Origin: Protoeuglena noctilucae
Taxonomy: Eukaryota
Assembly: GCA_958009085.1 (NCBI GenBank)
Contig: OY253677.1
Location: 620,001-684,000 of the forward strand
Direction of reading: 5' to 3'
Length of the DNA stretch: 64,000 nucleotides
How positions within the stretch are numbered: position 1 is the stretch's first letter; the number at the start of each line of letters is the position of its first letter. The notes under the pieces are model-generated. The model worked only from the letters and a program-made list of their open reading frames with translations. It searched no databases and was not told the origin of the DNA. The position numbers and the translations under genes are program-made. Shown here one piece after another: positions 53,102 through 64,000 of the stretch.

Positions 53102-53450
53102 GGGGGGCTGAGCTGGCGGCCAGCTCGTCCGCCCCCCTCGGGGGTGCAAGTCAAGCTGCGAGGCCTCCCTGTGCACGCCAAGCACGCAACTGGGACCTGA
53201 AACACGTACGACTATCTTTCAAAAATGCCATCCCAGCCCGCCTGCACGAGTATAACAGCAGCGCCAGCTCTGAACCTGACGGTCTCTGGCGGACCGCCAA
53301 TTGACCGCCATCGGCTGAAGATCCCCGTCACCGCGCCCCTGCAGATCATGTTCAGCGTCGAAATCAGAGTCCTGCCACACTTGTTCGCCGCGGCGCGCAG
53401 CCTCCCGACAGCTTCACGACCTTGTTCGCTTGGGCGCGCCCTGGGGTGCC

Positions 53451-55547
53451 ATGTCGGGGGCCAGGCCAGTCAATCGGCCCGACCTGGAAGAGGCCATCTT
53501 GAAAGAGTATGGCTTCGGGCCAAGCTTCTTTGCAGGTGCGCGCGGGGGCTCGAGTTTGGGTCCGAGGGAGAAACGCTGACTGTGCACCTCGAACGAGGCC
53601 CCGCTTTGGTCTGACACTCGTCAAGGGCTTCGTGCTTGACGGATTTGGCATGTGGATGCACCGGGGCTGCGGAGGCGCTCGCGCGACGCGGGCTAGGCCG
53701 CCCGATGCGCTCGCGCTGCCTGCCCTGCGCAGGGAAGGAGGTGATGGGTGACCAGGGCTTCCTGGAGTTCTTCGAGAACAGTCAAGGTCTGCAGCTGTGC
53801 TCCTACTACTGGCCGGCGCAGAAGCCCAAGGGCGTGGTGGTGCTTGCCCACGGCCACGGCTCGTACATCCAAGTGGACTGGCTCAAGCACAGGTCCGGGG
53901 CTTTAGGATCTCTGTACTCCATGTACCTCTCTCTGCGGCGCTCCTCGGGATGGATAGATGGCGCGCCGGCGCGTGGTCCACGGCTTCCAAAAGTGGATCT
54001 ACGTGCCTGCAGGGCCCTCGGGGAGCCGCACATCTACGCGGGCTCGTGGGTCGAGAGGCTCAACAAGGCTGGCTACTCTTGCGTCGGACTCGATGCGCAG
54101 AGGTGGGGGAAAGCGGCTCCGCAAGCTGCGCTGAAACTCCTCCCAGCTGCGCTCCATCGCCGCCAGTTTTAGCGCACCGAACGCGCCTTGCAGTTATATT
54201 CGTTGCTCTCTATCGCATGCATGCTCGGTGGCGCGAGCGGCAATCGCTGCGCCCCGCACTCCCCTGCCCCGCAGCCACGGGCGTTCCCAGGGCCTGAACG
54301 GCCTCCGCTGCTACGTCCGGTCGTTCGACGACCTCGTGGACGATCAGCTGCAGGTGTTGAGAAACCTCTCACAGAAGGACGGCTTCAAGAACCTCCCCGT
54401 CTACACCCTGGGCCTCTCAATGGGCGGCATGATCGCCCTCCTCACCGCCCACCGCGCCGGCCCGCAGTGCCAGGGAGCCTGCCTCTTGGCCCCTATGCTC
54501 TCGCTCGAGAAGCTCGCGAAGAAGGCGAGGTCGCTGCGCTCGCCGGATAACCTCGCGAGAGTGGCACCCTGCAGGGTAGTGTAGTCACTCGCAGCTGTTA
54601 CCTCGCCCCAGGGCATGAACCGCGTCCTCCGGCCCGTCGTCGACCTCGTCGCGTGGCTCGCCCCCACCTGGCGCATCGCGGCCGTCGAGACCAACAAGCT
54701 CTTCCCCGACATCCAGGCGCGTTTCGTGCTGCGATGTGCTGGGCTGGCAGAGGCACGTCTATTGGGTGCTCATACACTCTACAGATCTTCTGCTGGGTCC
54801 TTGTCATATCACTGAGTCATCTCCTCCGCAATTCCCGACGACTCGATCACTCCTCTCCCTTCGCAAGACCCCAACGTGCTTTGTCGCCCACTCGCACCGC
54901 TCAGCTGGCAGGGACTCGATGGTCCGCCCCGCCCCTTCCTTCATCCCCGCAGGAGCAGTGGGACCGCGACCCGATGTCCATCAAGGGCCCCACCCGCGCC
55001 AAGAACGCGCAGCAGTTCTTGCGCATTTGCGAGCGCACCATCCGGGAGACGGTGCAGGAGGTCTCGTGTCCCTTCATCACCTTCCATTCGGAACGTGATA
55101 CGTTCGTCGACGTCGATTCCTCGAAGATTCTCTACGATAAGTGCCTCAGCACCGACAAGACCATCCGACTGGTCAGCCACGTGAGTTGGAATGGGATGTG
55201 ATGTGATGTGATGTGATGTGGGGTGGTGGGGTGGGGTGGTGGGGTGAGATGGAATGGTACTTGCTAGCGCAGTGTGGGTGGATGGATGCAGTGCACATGT
55301 GCCACCAGTAAGCAGGGTGTGCATGTTTTAATCATGCACAGCATATGCACCCAGGTCACCAACACGCCATCCCTGTGCCTCGACTGCCTCTCTCTCTCTC
55401 TCTCTCATCTCTCAGATGTGGCACGTGCTAGTGAAGGAGCCTGGCAACGAGGGCATCCTGCAGGACATCATGGCATGGCTGGACGAGCGGTGCACGCGGG
55501 GGGGGGCGGGGTGCTTCCGGGGAAGCAACGCAGAGGAGGTTAATTGA
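53451..55547 (+). CDS. Alpha/beta hydrolase, monoacylglycerol lipase / caffeoylshikimate-esterase-like
   Basis: GVVVLAHGHG, HGRSQG, nucleophile motif GLSMGG, FHSERDTFVD (Asp) and MWHVLVKEP (His). Confidence 0.9.
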
Positions 55548-56083
55548 TGAGGGGAGGGGGTGGGGACTGGGACGAGCAAGGGGGGATCGTTGATGGGGAA
55601 TGGAGGACACATGCTCCCTCTTAGATGAGGGAAGGGTCGTTGGAGTGAGAGGGCATCTGAGATCTGGTTCCCTGCACATCTGTTTCCCGCTTGCGTTGCC
55701 GCGCCGCAGCTCTGCTGGCCGTGACGCTGTGCTTCTATCACTCACAACTTCACTGCACAAATCGTGTCACTTTACTCGAGCAATGGCATCCCTCGCAATC
55801 GCCGGCCGTGCTCGCAGCTGGCTGCGGTGCTTGCTGCGATATGCGGCGCTTGCTGCCTGTCGTGGTGTTTTGCTTCTTTCGTGAACACGCCCGCTGCCAC
55901 ACGTCGCTTGAGACTTCAAAGCACGTAACAAAGCACGAAAGAAATGGGCAGTCCAAAGCACGCAGACCAAGCAGGCCATGGAGGACGCCACCAGACCACT
56001 AGCTGAGTGCTATCCGCATAGGGCAAGCAGCAGCATGCTAGCTACTGAGCGCCAGTATATGCACACCACCCCCACTACCCCCA

Positions 56084-59000
56084 CTACGCATCCCCTTCCC
56101 TCGCCACCCCCGCACCCGCCGACCCCCCCACCGCCGCCTCCGCCTCCGCCCCTGTCTTTGCCGCTTTGGCATCGCGACCCACAGGGCTCCACCCCCTCCC
56201 CAGCCTCCTACCCCGCCGCCCACGCCCACCCTCCCTATCGCCACCCTCACCCCCATCCCCACTCCCACCCTCACCACTCCCGCCCTCTGCAGATGCACCC
56301 TCCCCACCTTCCGCACTCCCAACCCCATGCCCCCGCTCCTCACCCCCACCCTCTGCCCCCCCACTCCCACCCCCAACTACGCAAGCCTCCAATATCGCAT
56401 TCCCCGCCGTCCCCGCGTCCTCCGCCCTCCCCTCCGCATCTGTTGAAGCTCCCGGCCCGTCTGCCCCCTCCACTGCCTTGTATAGGGGACTGTCCTCCGA
56501 TGGGGGAGGGCGCACCAATGGCTGAGACCCGCGACCCTCGGGGTATATTACCAGCCACTCCTCACTGCATGAAGGGGGATAGAGCAATGGAATTAGCATT
56601 GGTGAACTGTCGTTGTGGGTGTGCTGTACATGGTACACCACCGGCCACTCCGCACGGCGAGCGGCGATGTTGGGAATGAGGCTAGCAGCGCCCACCCATA
56701 CACCCCCTCACCTGTCTGTGATGGGCAGCGCCCATCCCCCATTGGTGAGCTGCTGTATGGCTCGTGAGAATGGCGCAGGGGGCGACAGCTGTATCACCGG
56801 CTGCGTCTCACCACCCTTGAATGCGTAGTGCACCTGGTGCCTCTGGCGCCACTTCTGTGTAAAAGAGCACGGTAGCACGATTGCATGCATTGCATGAGTG
56901 AGAATAGGGAAAGTAGTGGCGTGTTACCACTGGCATAGGTATCACTAGTGACACTGACCCGACAGATGGTCACGCATGAGGTCACTAATCGATGAACATG
57001 TGCATGTGAACACACTTTTAATCACTCATCACCCATCACTCGCCTTGAAGTACTTGGGCGCCAGGAGGCTGAACAGGTGGTCGCGCATGAGGTCATTCGA
57101 AATGAGCATACCGCGCTCCCCCGCAGCCACCGCCGCATAGAGCCAGTACCAGTCGTCGTTCGATCCCGTGGGGGTGACAAACAAAGCGTGGCAGCGCTTC
57201 AGGTCCGCCAAAAAGGCCTGGGACTGCGGGGGGGAGAGGGGGGGGGGTTGGGGTTGAGGATGGGGGTGGGGGTGGGGTGGGGGGTTAGGGAGGTAAGCTG
57301 TTGGGGTGAGGGGTGATGAGGGGTGATGAGGGGTGAGGGAGATACAGGGTGAGAGACGAAGTGAAGGACGGGCACTGCCTCTCCCCCTCACCTTGACATC
57401 TCCCGTTCCCCCCTTCCCCACCCACCCCACCCATCCATAATACCCCCCCCCCCCCCCCCCCCCCACACCCCCTCACCTCGACGTCGCTCGCCTCCCTGGA
57501 CCTCGTCCTCCCCACATTCAGAAACACGAGTGGTTTCAAATCGGGGTACTTGTCCCGCAGCAGACGCACGCAGGCGCGGATCTGGGAGAACCGAAAGCAG
57601 CCCTCGGCGTAGTTCTGGCCGAAGAGGGCCACGTTGGCGCCGTCGATGATGGCTGCGAGTGGATGGGAGGAAATGAGTACTGAATTACAAGGCTAATACT
57701 GATGCAACCACCCCTTTCATAACCCATCCTCACCACCACCACCCACCTCACCCCCTCTCCCACCCCCACCACCCCCTCTCCCCCCCTGACCCCCACCCAA
57801 CCTCCTCACCGTGGTACGGCCCGTGCCGCTGCAGCCAGTCCACGAACTGGCTGAAGCTCTGCTGCTTGCGGTTCTCCCGCTGCTCCGCCAGCTCCCGCAC
57901 GGCGCCCAGGAAGTCCCCCCACTCGCGGCCCTCGAGGGCCACGGGCAAAAGGTCCCCGCCGGGGGTCGAACCCGCGCCATCCGCCGCGATGCGCGCGGAG
58001 GCCCACCGCTCCCCGCGCCCGTGCATGGCCGCGCCGGGGGCAAATGCCGCGTTGCCCGCGGTGCGGAAGAAGTCCTCCACGACGTCCGCGGTGGCGCCCG
58101 TCACGTCCACCAGCTCCTCACGCATCTCCGACAGCGTCGCCAGAAACGCGTCGACGTCCCCCGCGCCCGCGTAGCAGCGCAGCAGCGCCTGGTACTCGTG
58201 CTCCGTCAGCGCGATGCCCGCGTCGCGGATCAGCGACTGCGCGCGGCGCGCGGCGGGCGCCGCGCCGGAGAAACAGAAGCCGAGCAGTGCGGGGGCGAAC
58301 GTGCGGAGCTTGGCGGCCCCCGCGGCCCGCGCCTCGTCCGCCGTCAGCAGCGCCCCGTCGAAATCACCACTCATGGCCTGCAGACGCGCGCGCGCTGTCT
58401 GAAACATCTCCGATTTGCGCATGCCCGCGTCGCAAGCGCACAGCGCTGCCAGCTCCTTGCCCCTGGCAACGTCCATGCCCTTCTCCGGCGCACGACCTGC
58501 GCGCACGGCGCCGACACTCGTAAACAACACGCGGCGATCACTGCGGCGGCGCTAGCGCGGAACCAGGCGCCGCGCAGCGCGACGCAAGATGGGGCACGGC
58601 AGCCCCGCGAATCGCGCAAACCCGCCGAGTTTGCCGCCCCTCGAAGGCACTCAGACATTCAGCACTTACCTCTCACGATGTCGGACAGCTTTTCCTCCCA
58701 ATCGTCCCCTCCCGCGCAGAGATGGACCAACACCATGAGGCTGTGCGTCTGGACCTTCACCCCGAGCTCCACGGCCTTGTCGTACGCCGCGAGGCCCCGC
58801 TCGCAGTCCTTGTTCTTTGCCGCTGCAAGAAGGACGGGTGAAAAGCTGAGAATATCGAGCGTGCGGGCGCGAGGGCAGCAGTCCACGCGTGGCGCAGCAA
58901 CAGCGGCGCGAAACGCCCCGCGCCGGAAGGCGGCGGCGGGGTCCGCTCACCATAATCGATGCAGAAACGCACGTGGCTGCTCAGTTGCTTGCTGGGGACG

Positions 59001-59107
59001 TCGCTGATGTCGCCCAGAGGAACGTCCGGCGACAGCTCCAGCCGCTCCACCCGCTTGGCGTCGCGGCGCGGCTTCTTCGCGGGGTGGACCTCCACATCCG
59101 AAGGCAT
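56084..59107 (-). CDS. PRORP: Protein-only RNase P (PRORP): PPR repeats plus NYN metallonuclease
   Basis: PPR-like helices (KLRTFAPALLGFC, EHEYQALLRCY), then IIDGANVALFGQN, TPTGSNDDWYWLYAA, ISNDLMRDHLF and KWRQRHQV. Confidence 0.95.
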
Positions 59108-59695
59108 GGAGCGAGGTATCACTATGGAGTATGGCTGGGGCGGCAAGGCAACGCCGGGCCGCCGGAGGCGCGTCAGTGGGGACGGCTGCAAGGGAGGGCC
59201 AGGGCGAGGCAGCGTGGCACGTTGGACGCGCGATGTAACACTAGCGCGTTTTTTATGACATATGCGATCGATGACAGACGGCCACGAGCGCTGGAATGAC
59301 CCCCGCGCGCTTCCGCACCAGGGCCAGTTGCGCCGCTCACCGCGTCGTCCGGTTTGGCCAGCGCCTGCAGCCACCAGAGCAGGGCGTTGGAAGCAGGAGA
59401 TGGGAACTGGCGGAGGAGCACGGCGGTCCTGAATTGCGGCAGGGGACGGCTGCGCAGGGGTGCCAGGAGAGTGCTCACGGCTTGGGGACGGCAACACGAG
59501 CGCATGGACGCGGCAGCCCGGCAAGGGTTGGGTTTCAACGGAACACTGTTTTCCCCGTGCTGCTGCCGCGCGGAGGCCTCTCGACGACCGCTGAATCCGC
59601 GCTTTGGGCCAGTGCCCTAGGGTTGCATGAACGCAGGCGCTCCCGCGCGCAGCCGAGAACCCACAAATGCTTTTTCATCGTGCCTGCATCCTGCT

Positions 59696-61112
59696 CTAGC
59701 TGTGCTTCGGGCCCGGCGACACCCCAGCGAGGAATCGGATGCCGGAAAGAGCGACGCTGTGCGCGCCCTCCCGTGGCTCCATCTGCACCTGAATCTCCAC
59801 CCCCTCCCTCCGCAGCACGCCGGTGCGGTCCCGCAACGACGTGCCCTGACATGGCAAGCCGTTCGGATCGTACTGGAACGACCCCAGCTCAGTCCAGTTG
59901 CGCTCGGGACCAGCCCGCGCCAGCACCCGCACCGCCGCAGGACCCAGCAGGTGCAGCGGCGAGCCGGGGGAAGAGGGCGCGGTGCTGTCGACGGCCACCG
60001 CTTCGATGTCACGGCAGTCGCTCCCGCATCCCGCGACCGTCACGGTGGCCTTTGGGCCCAGGAAGGCGATCCACGCGTGGGAGGGGCTGCGCGGCGCCGC
60101 GACCAGGGCGCGCGTGGCGGGGCCCGCGAGCGGCGCAGCGCTGAAGAGGCCGCGCACGCGCATGAGCAGCATCTCGGCCACGGTGGTGCTGCGGAGGGGG
60201 CGCGCGGGCGAGTGCGCGACGACCGCCATCGAGGGAGGGTGCACCTCGCGAGCCGTGGGCGGCGCCACCCGCCCGTCGATGAGCGGAGTGCGCGCCACCA
60301 GCGCCCGCGTGATCTCCTCCACCTGAGTCAGCCCGCCCTCGGCGTCCTCCACTGCAGGAACGTAAGCACGCTTTGCGTCGTGGCTTAGCGAAGCTGTAGC
60401 CCATTGAAGAATTGAAATGCCAGAGAGTAAGATTATGAAGTAAGCTTTATTAATGAGGAATTTCGCTGGTCATCGCATCGCGATCGGCACCTGCCGTGTC
60501 CAGGCGTGAGGAGACCTGGGACATTTGCCCCGCCACGTCGTCCAGTCGCTGAGACAGGGCGCGCACGACGCCCGTGAGATTCGTCACCGAATGTTGGATG
60601 TTCCACAGCTGGTGCACGACGCTGGAGACGGTCAGAGCGACGACCGCCCACAGCAGCAGGCGCAGGCACCGGGCCCCCGCCGCGCGCACCGCAGCCACGC
60701 GGGAGGGCGGCGCGGGTGGAACCGGCGAAATCTCCGCGACATATGCTGGAGCCGTCCGCTCTTTGGTCTGCGGGCGCATCGCAGAGGTCTCCGGAGGAAT
60801 CACACAAGCAGCGTTTTTGCATCACTGTTGTGCTGTGCCGCGGGCTCGCCTTGGCGATTTTCTTCTGCTGTGGCTTGGGGGCGTCCGGGACCTTCTTCTG
60901 AGCGTCATGGACTTGGGACCGAGATGGGAGCTCGGAAGGTTGCGAGGCCGCGTCGGCAGGCCGCGGCACGGCCCCCTGCGGAGCGCATCGCCAGAGCGCA
61001 GGAACCTCGCGATGGACGCTAAGTCGTCTCCCATTTATCATGGATGGCAGAAAAAGACAGGTGCTCGCGAGAAAGGCTGAAGCAAGCCCCGGACCTGGTC
61101 GGGCCTGGACAT
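59696..61112 (-). CDS. Divergent SUN-domain-like nuclear envelope protein (TM, coiled coil, C-terminal beta domain)
   Basis: TM segment LRLLLWAVVALTVSSVV and heptads LTGVVRALSQRLDDVAGQMSQV. The C-terminal exon has WTELGSFQYDPNG..Q and ALSGIRF, resembling SUN-domain terminal strands. The 5' exons are uncertain. Confidence 0.5.
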
Positions 61113-61698
61113 GTTCTCCGAGTTGGCCAATATTTCGTCCCGATGCTCTTCTCTGCGCCTCCTGGCTTGCGAGCGAGTCAGTGGGCTCCCTGCGGGGCGA
61201 TCCTCCCTCGGAGACGCCTCGGCCATCCTTCGCGCGCGCCCTAACCCAGCAGCACCCTGTCGTGCGGAGCGAGGCGCGATTCCTCCCGCACCAGCATGCC
61301 AGCGCACACATCAGTCGAAGATGATGCTTGATTTCTACTTTTCGCTGAGATTTCGCCTGTCACTGAACTCTGGCAGCTGACGAGGCCTTTTCCCAGCCGC
61401 ATGCGCACTCTCGGGAGCCCCACATTGTGTTCGCCCAGCTCTCAAGTTCATTTCCTCGGCCCCGCGTCCCCAAAGGCCCCGCGAGCCAGCCGCCGCTCGA
61501 GCAACCGCTTCCGCACTTCGCTCCCAAGCGCCCGACGCGCCCGTGGACACGCCTGCCTGATCATTCATTGTTCGATTAGTCACTGGCGCGTCGCGCGTTG
61601 CGAAAATCGATCGAGGGGGTCAGCTGCGAGGTCGGGCACCGCCGCCGCCCCCAGCCGAGACAGCTCCGGGGCCGAGGCCGCGCGGGTCCACTGAGGAC

Positions 61699-62701
61699 AT
61701 GTCGGGAGGCTCTGCGCACCGCACCAGGTGCCTCGCGTCCCGCGGCCGCGGCGTGCCTCAAGCGCACGGCGCAGGGGTCCGTCGGGGGCCCACGGGGGCG
61801 CGCTCGGGCCGGGAGCCGCGCCTCTCTCAGCCTATTCGGATGTCTTTGGTCTTATGCTTGCCGTACATGCTCGCGAATGCCGCGAGGTGCGCGGCCGCTC
61901 GAGCGTGGCGGAGAATAGAGCGCGGGACCTGGCTTCCCGCCGCACTCCGCAGGCCCAACATCCTCGTGACCGGCACGCCCGGCACCGGGAAGACGTCCCT
62001 TTGCAATGCGATAGCCAGCCAGACGGGGTTCACCCACATCAACCTGGGCGACCTCGTCAAGGAGAGGGAGCTGCACGACGGCTACGACGCGGAGATGGAC
62101 TGCTACATCCTCGACGAGGACAAGGTGCGTGAGGGTGTTTCCTACGCTTTCGTCGGTGCGGCCGGGCGGTCCGTCCCGCCCCCGCGGCCCGCGCTGCAGC
62201 GCAACTTGCCAACCCTAATTCCGCTGGCATCGGTGTCGCCGACCGGCCGCTCGGTCCCGCGCGGCAGGTCTGTGACGCGCTGGAGGACCAGATGGACGCG
62301 GGCGGCAACATCGTCGACCACCACTCGTGCGACTTCTTCCCCGAGCGTTGGTTCGACCTGGTTGTCGTGCTGCAGTGCGACAACACGGTCCTCTGGAACC
62401 GCCTCGAGAAGCGCGGCTACTCCAAGAGCAAAATCCAGGAGAACGTGCAGTGCGAGGTGACCGCGCGGGCTCTCGGGACGTCCGCAGCTCCCGATATGCA
62501 ACGTGCGACCGTTCTTTTGCTCATTATCATCGCCGCGACGCGCCTCACCCTCCGCCGCAGATCATGATGGTGAAAGCTGAGGAGGCCTCCGAGTCCTATC
62601 GCCCCGAGATCGTCAAGTACCTCCGCAGCGACTCGGTTGATGACATGGAACGAAACACCGACACGATCGTCGACTGGGTGCGCGCCGTCGCGCCATGCTG
62701 A
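61699..62701 (+). CDS. AK6: Adenylate kinase 6 (AK6/Fap7/hCINAP)
   Basis: [53 protein letters not shown] and [21 protein letters not shown]. Confidence 0.96.
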
Positions 62702-63431
62702 CGGACGCGGCCGGTCGAGGACTCGAGACGTTGCTTTTCGCGTCCCGCGGCTCCCTCCGCCGTCAGGTCTCGCCCCTCAGTCGCCTTGGCAAGACCCTCA
62801 CTTTGCGTGTTGGTTCCTGTTCCCACCCACCCCACCTTTGGTTCTCAGCCCCCCGCCCACCCCGTTGCATCGCACTGTTCTATCTTCCTTGATCCAGAGC
62901 TGCTAGCCTCTCGAAGAAGATTCGGCGCAGTCGCTTAGCTTCACACCCAACAGGCGCCATCGTCGCACGCTATCGGGTTGTGTTAGAGGTTCACAACGCG
63001 TCACCCTCTATGCAAGCCACACTCACAGTAAGGACAAGACAGTTGCATGGCTTCGCACGGAAAGACCCACGAAAGCAGCCCCACGCATCTCCCTCAGCCC
63101 CCTCTCAGCCCCTCTCACCCCAACTCCCTCATCTCTCGCCCCCAGTGCCTCATCCCATCACCCCCACATGGCCACATTGGTCGAGAACGACCTCGTCCGC
63201 CCCAAGCTCTCCCGCGCAGGGAATCCACCTGCTGGGAAATCCACCTGCAGCCTCGGCAACGCCATCCCCTCAATCCCATCGCGACCACCCAAGCGACTCC
63301 TATCGCTGGCCGCCCTCGTGGGACGCTCCTTGACAACACGCACCCCCGCACCCGCCCCCGCCCCACTCTCCCCCGCCACCCCGCGCCCTTCCCCCCGCCT
63401 CTCCGGCGCCTCAAACCACAGCGGCGGCGCC

Positions 63432-64000
63432 TCAAAACACCGACGCCCCACCCGCCCGCGCACCGCCAAACACCTCAGCGCTCCTCCCGCGCGACTCGCT
63501 GACCCCCGCATCCCCACGCTTGGCCCTAGATGACGACCCCGGTCTGTCACGCGCTGCCCCCTCCTCGCCAGTCCCAGAGCTCCCGCCCGCCTTCGCCTGG
63601 CCCGACTCAGCGCCTCGGCCCGACAGTGCGGAGAGCAGTCCTCGGGACACAGACACGGCCGCGGCCAGGAGCAGCCGCCGCTTCCATTTGGGGTGGGCGT
63701 TGCGGGTGCGACGCGCGCGCCTGATCATCGCAGCTGCAACAGGGTGGGAGGGGTGGGGTCACTCGTCGATAACTGTACATTTGCAGTGCAGTCACCGCCG
63801 CCATAGGCCTGACTTAGCACAGTAAGTGCTCACCCCACCACAAGCAGCGGTCACCGCACACCATCTTCACCCCAGCCGCTGCTCACCGCTGGGTTGGCTC
63901 ACCCCACAACAAACAACACAGCACTCATTAAGCCCAAATCAGCCAACACTCATTCATCGCTCGCCCCACCCCCTTCAAATCCCTCACCGCTGGGGTCGGC
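63432..64000 (-). CDS. Probable last exon(s) of a minus-strand gene entering from the right edge
   Basis: GTGAG donor near 63987, acceptor TTGCAG near 63734, and an open frame to 63432. Product unknown. Confidence 0.3.

Overview
GC-rich, intron-dense nuclear DNA of a photosynthetic eukaryote, most likely a chlorophyte green alga (inference from plastid-type CruP, FtsHi, uS17 and PRORP genes). It uses the standard genetic code. I can reconstruct about 19 tightly packed spliced genes: RPLP1 (partial), FoP/CHTOP-like, GUCD1-like, IRE/MAST-type AGC kinase, SHPRH, VPS4, organellar uS17, RPN10, CruP-like, ML/NPC2 protein, ASPSCR1/TUG-like UBX protein, FtsHi-like AAA, sterol desaturase, NAA15, a hypothetical gene, a MAG-lipase-like hydrolase, PRORP, a divergent SUN-like protein and AK6. 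The most unusual signal is intron architecture. (1) At least 16 introns in the kinase, SHPRH, CruP and FtsHi genes (plus weaker cases) carry one or two 'echo' copies of the last 15-50 nt of the upstream exon plus its splice donor, 68-150 nt into the intron. Many echoes differ from the real exon mainly at synonymous positions. (2) About 17 introns need GC-AG donors. (3) Internal introns have G-rich 5' arms and complementary C-rich 3' arms, and the skew extends into exon codons. A ~180-nt multi-hairpin island in an NAA15 intron is a candidate ncRNA. All gene models were made by eye, and several start codons and exon borders are approximate.
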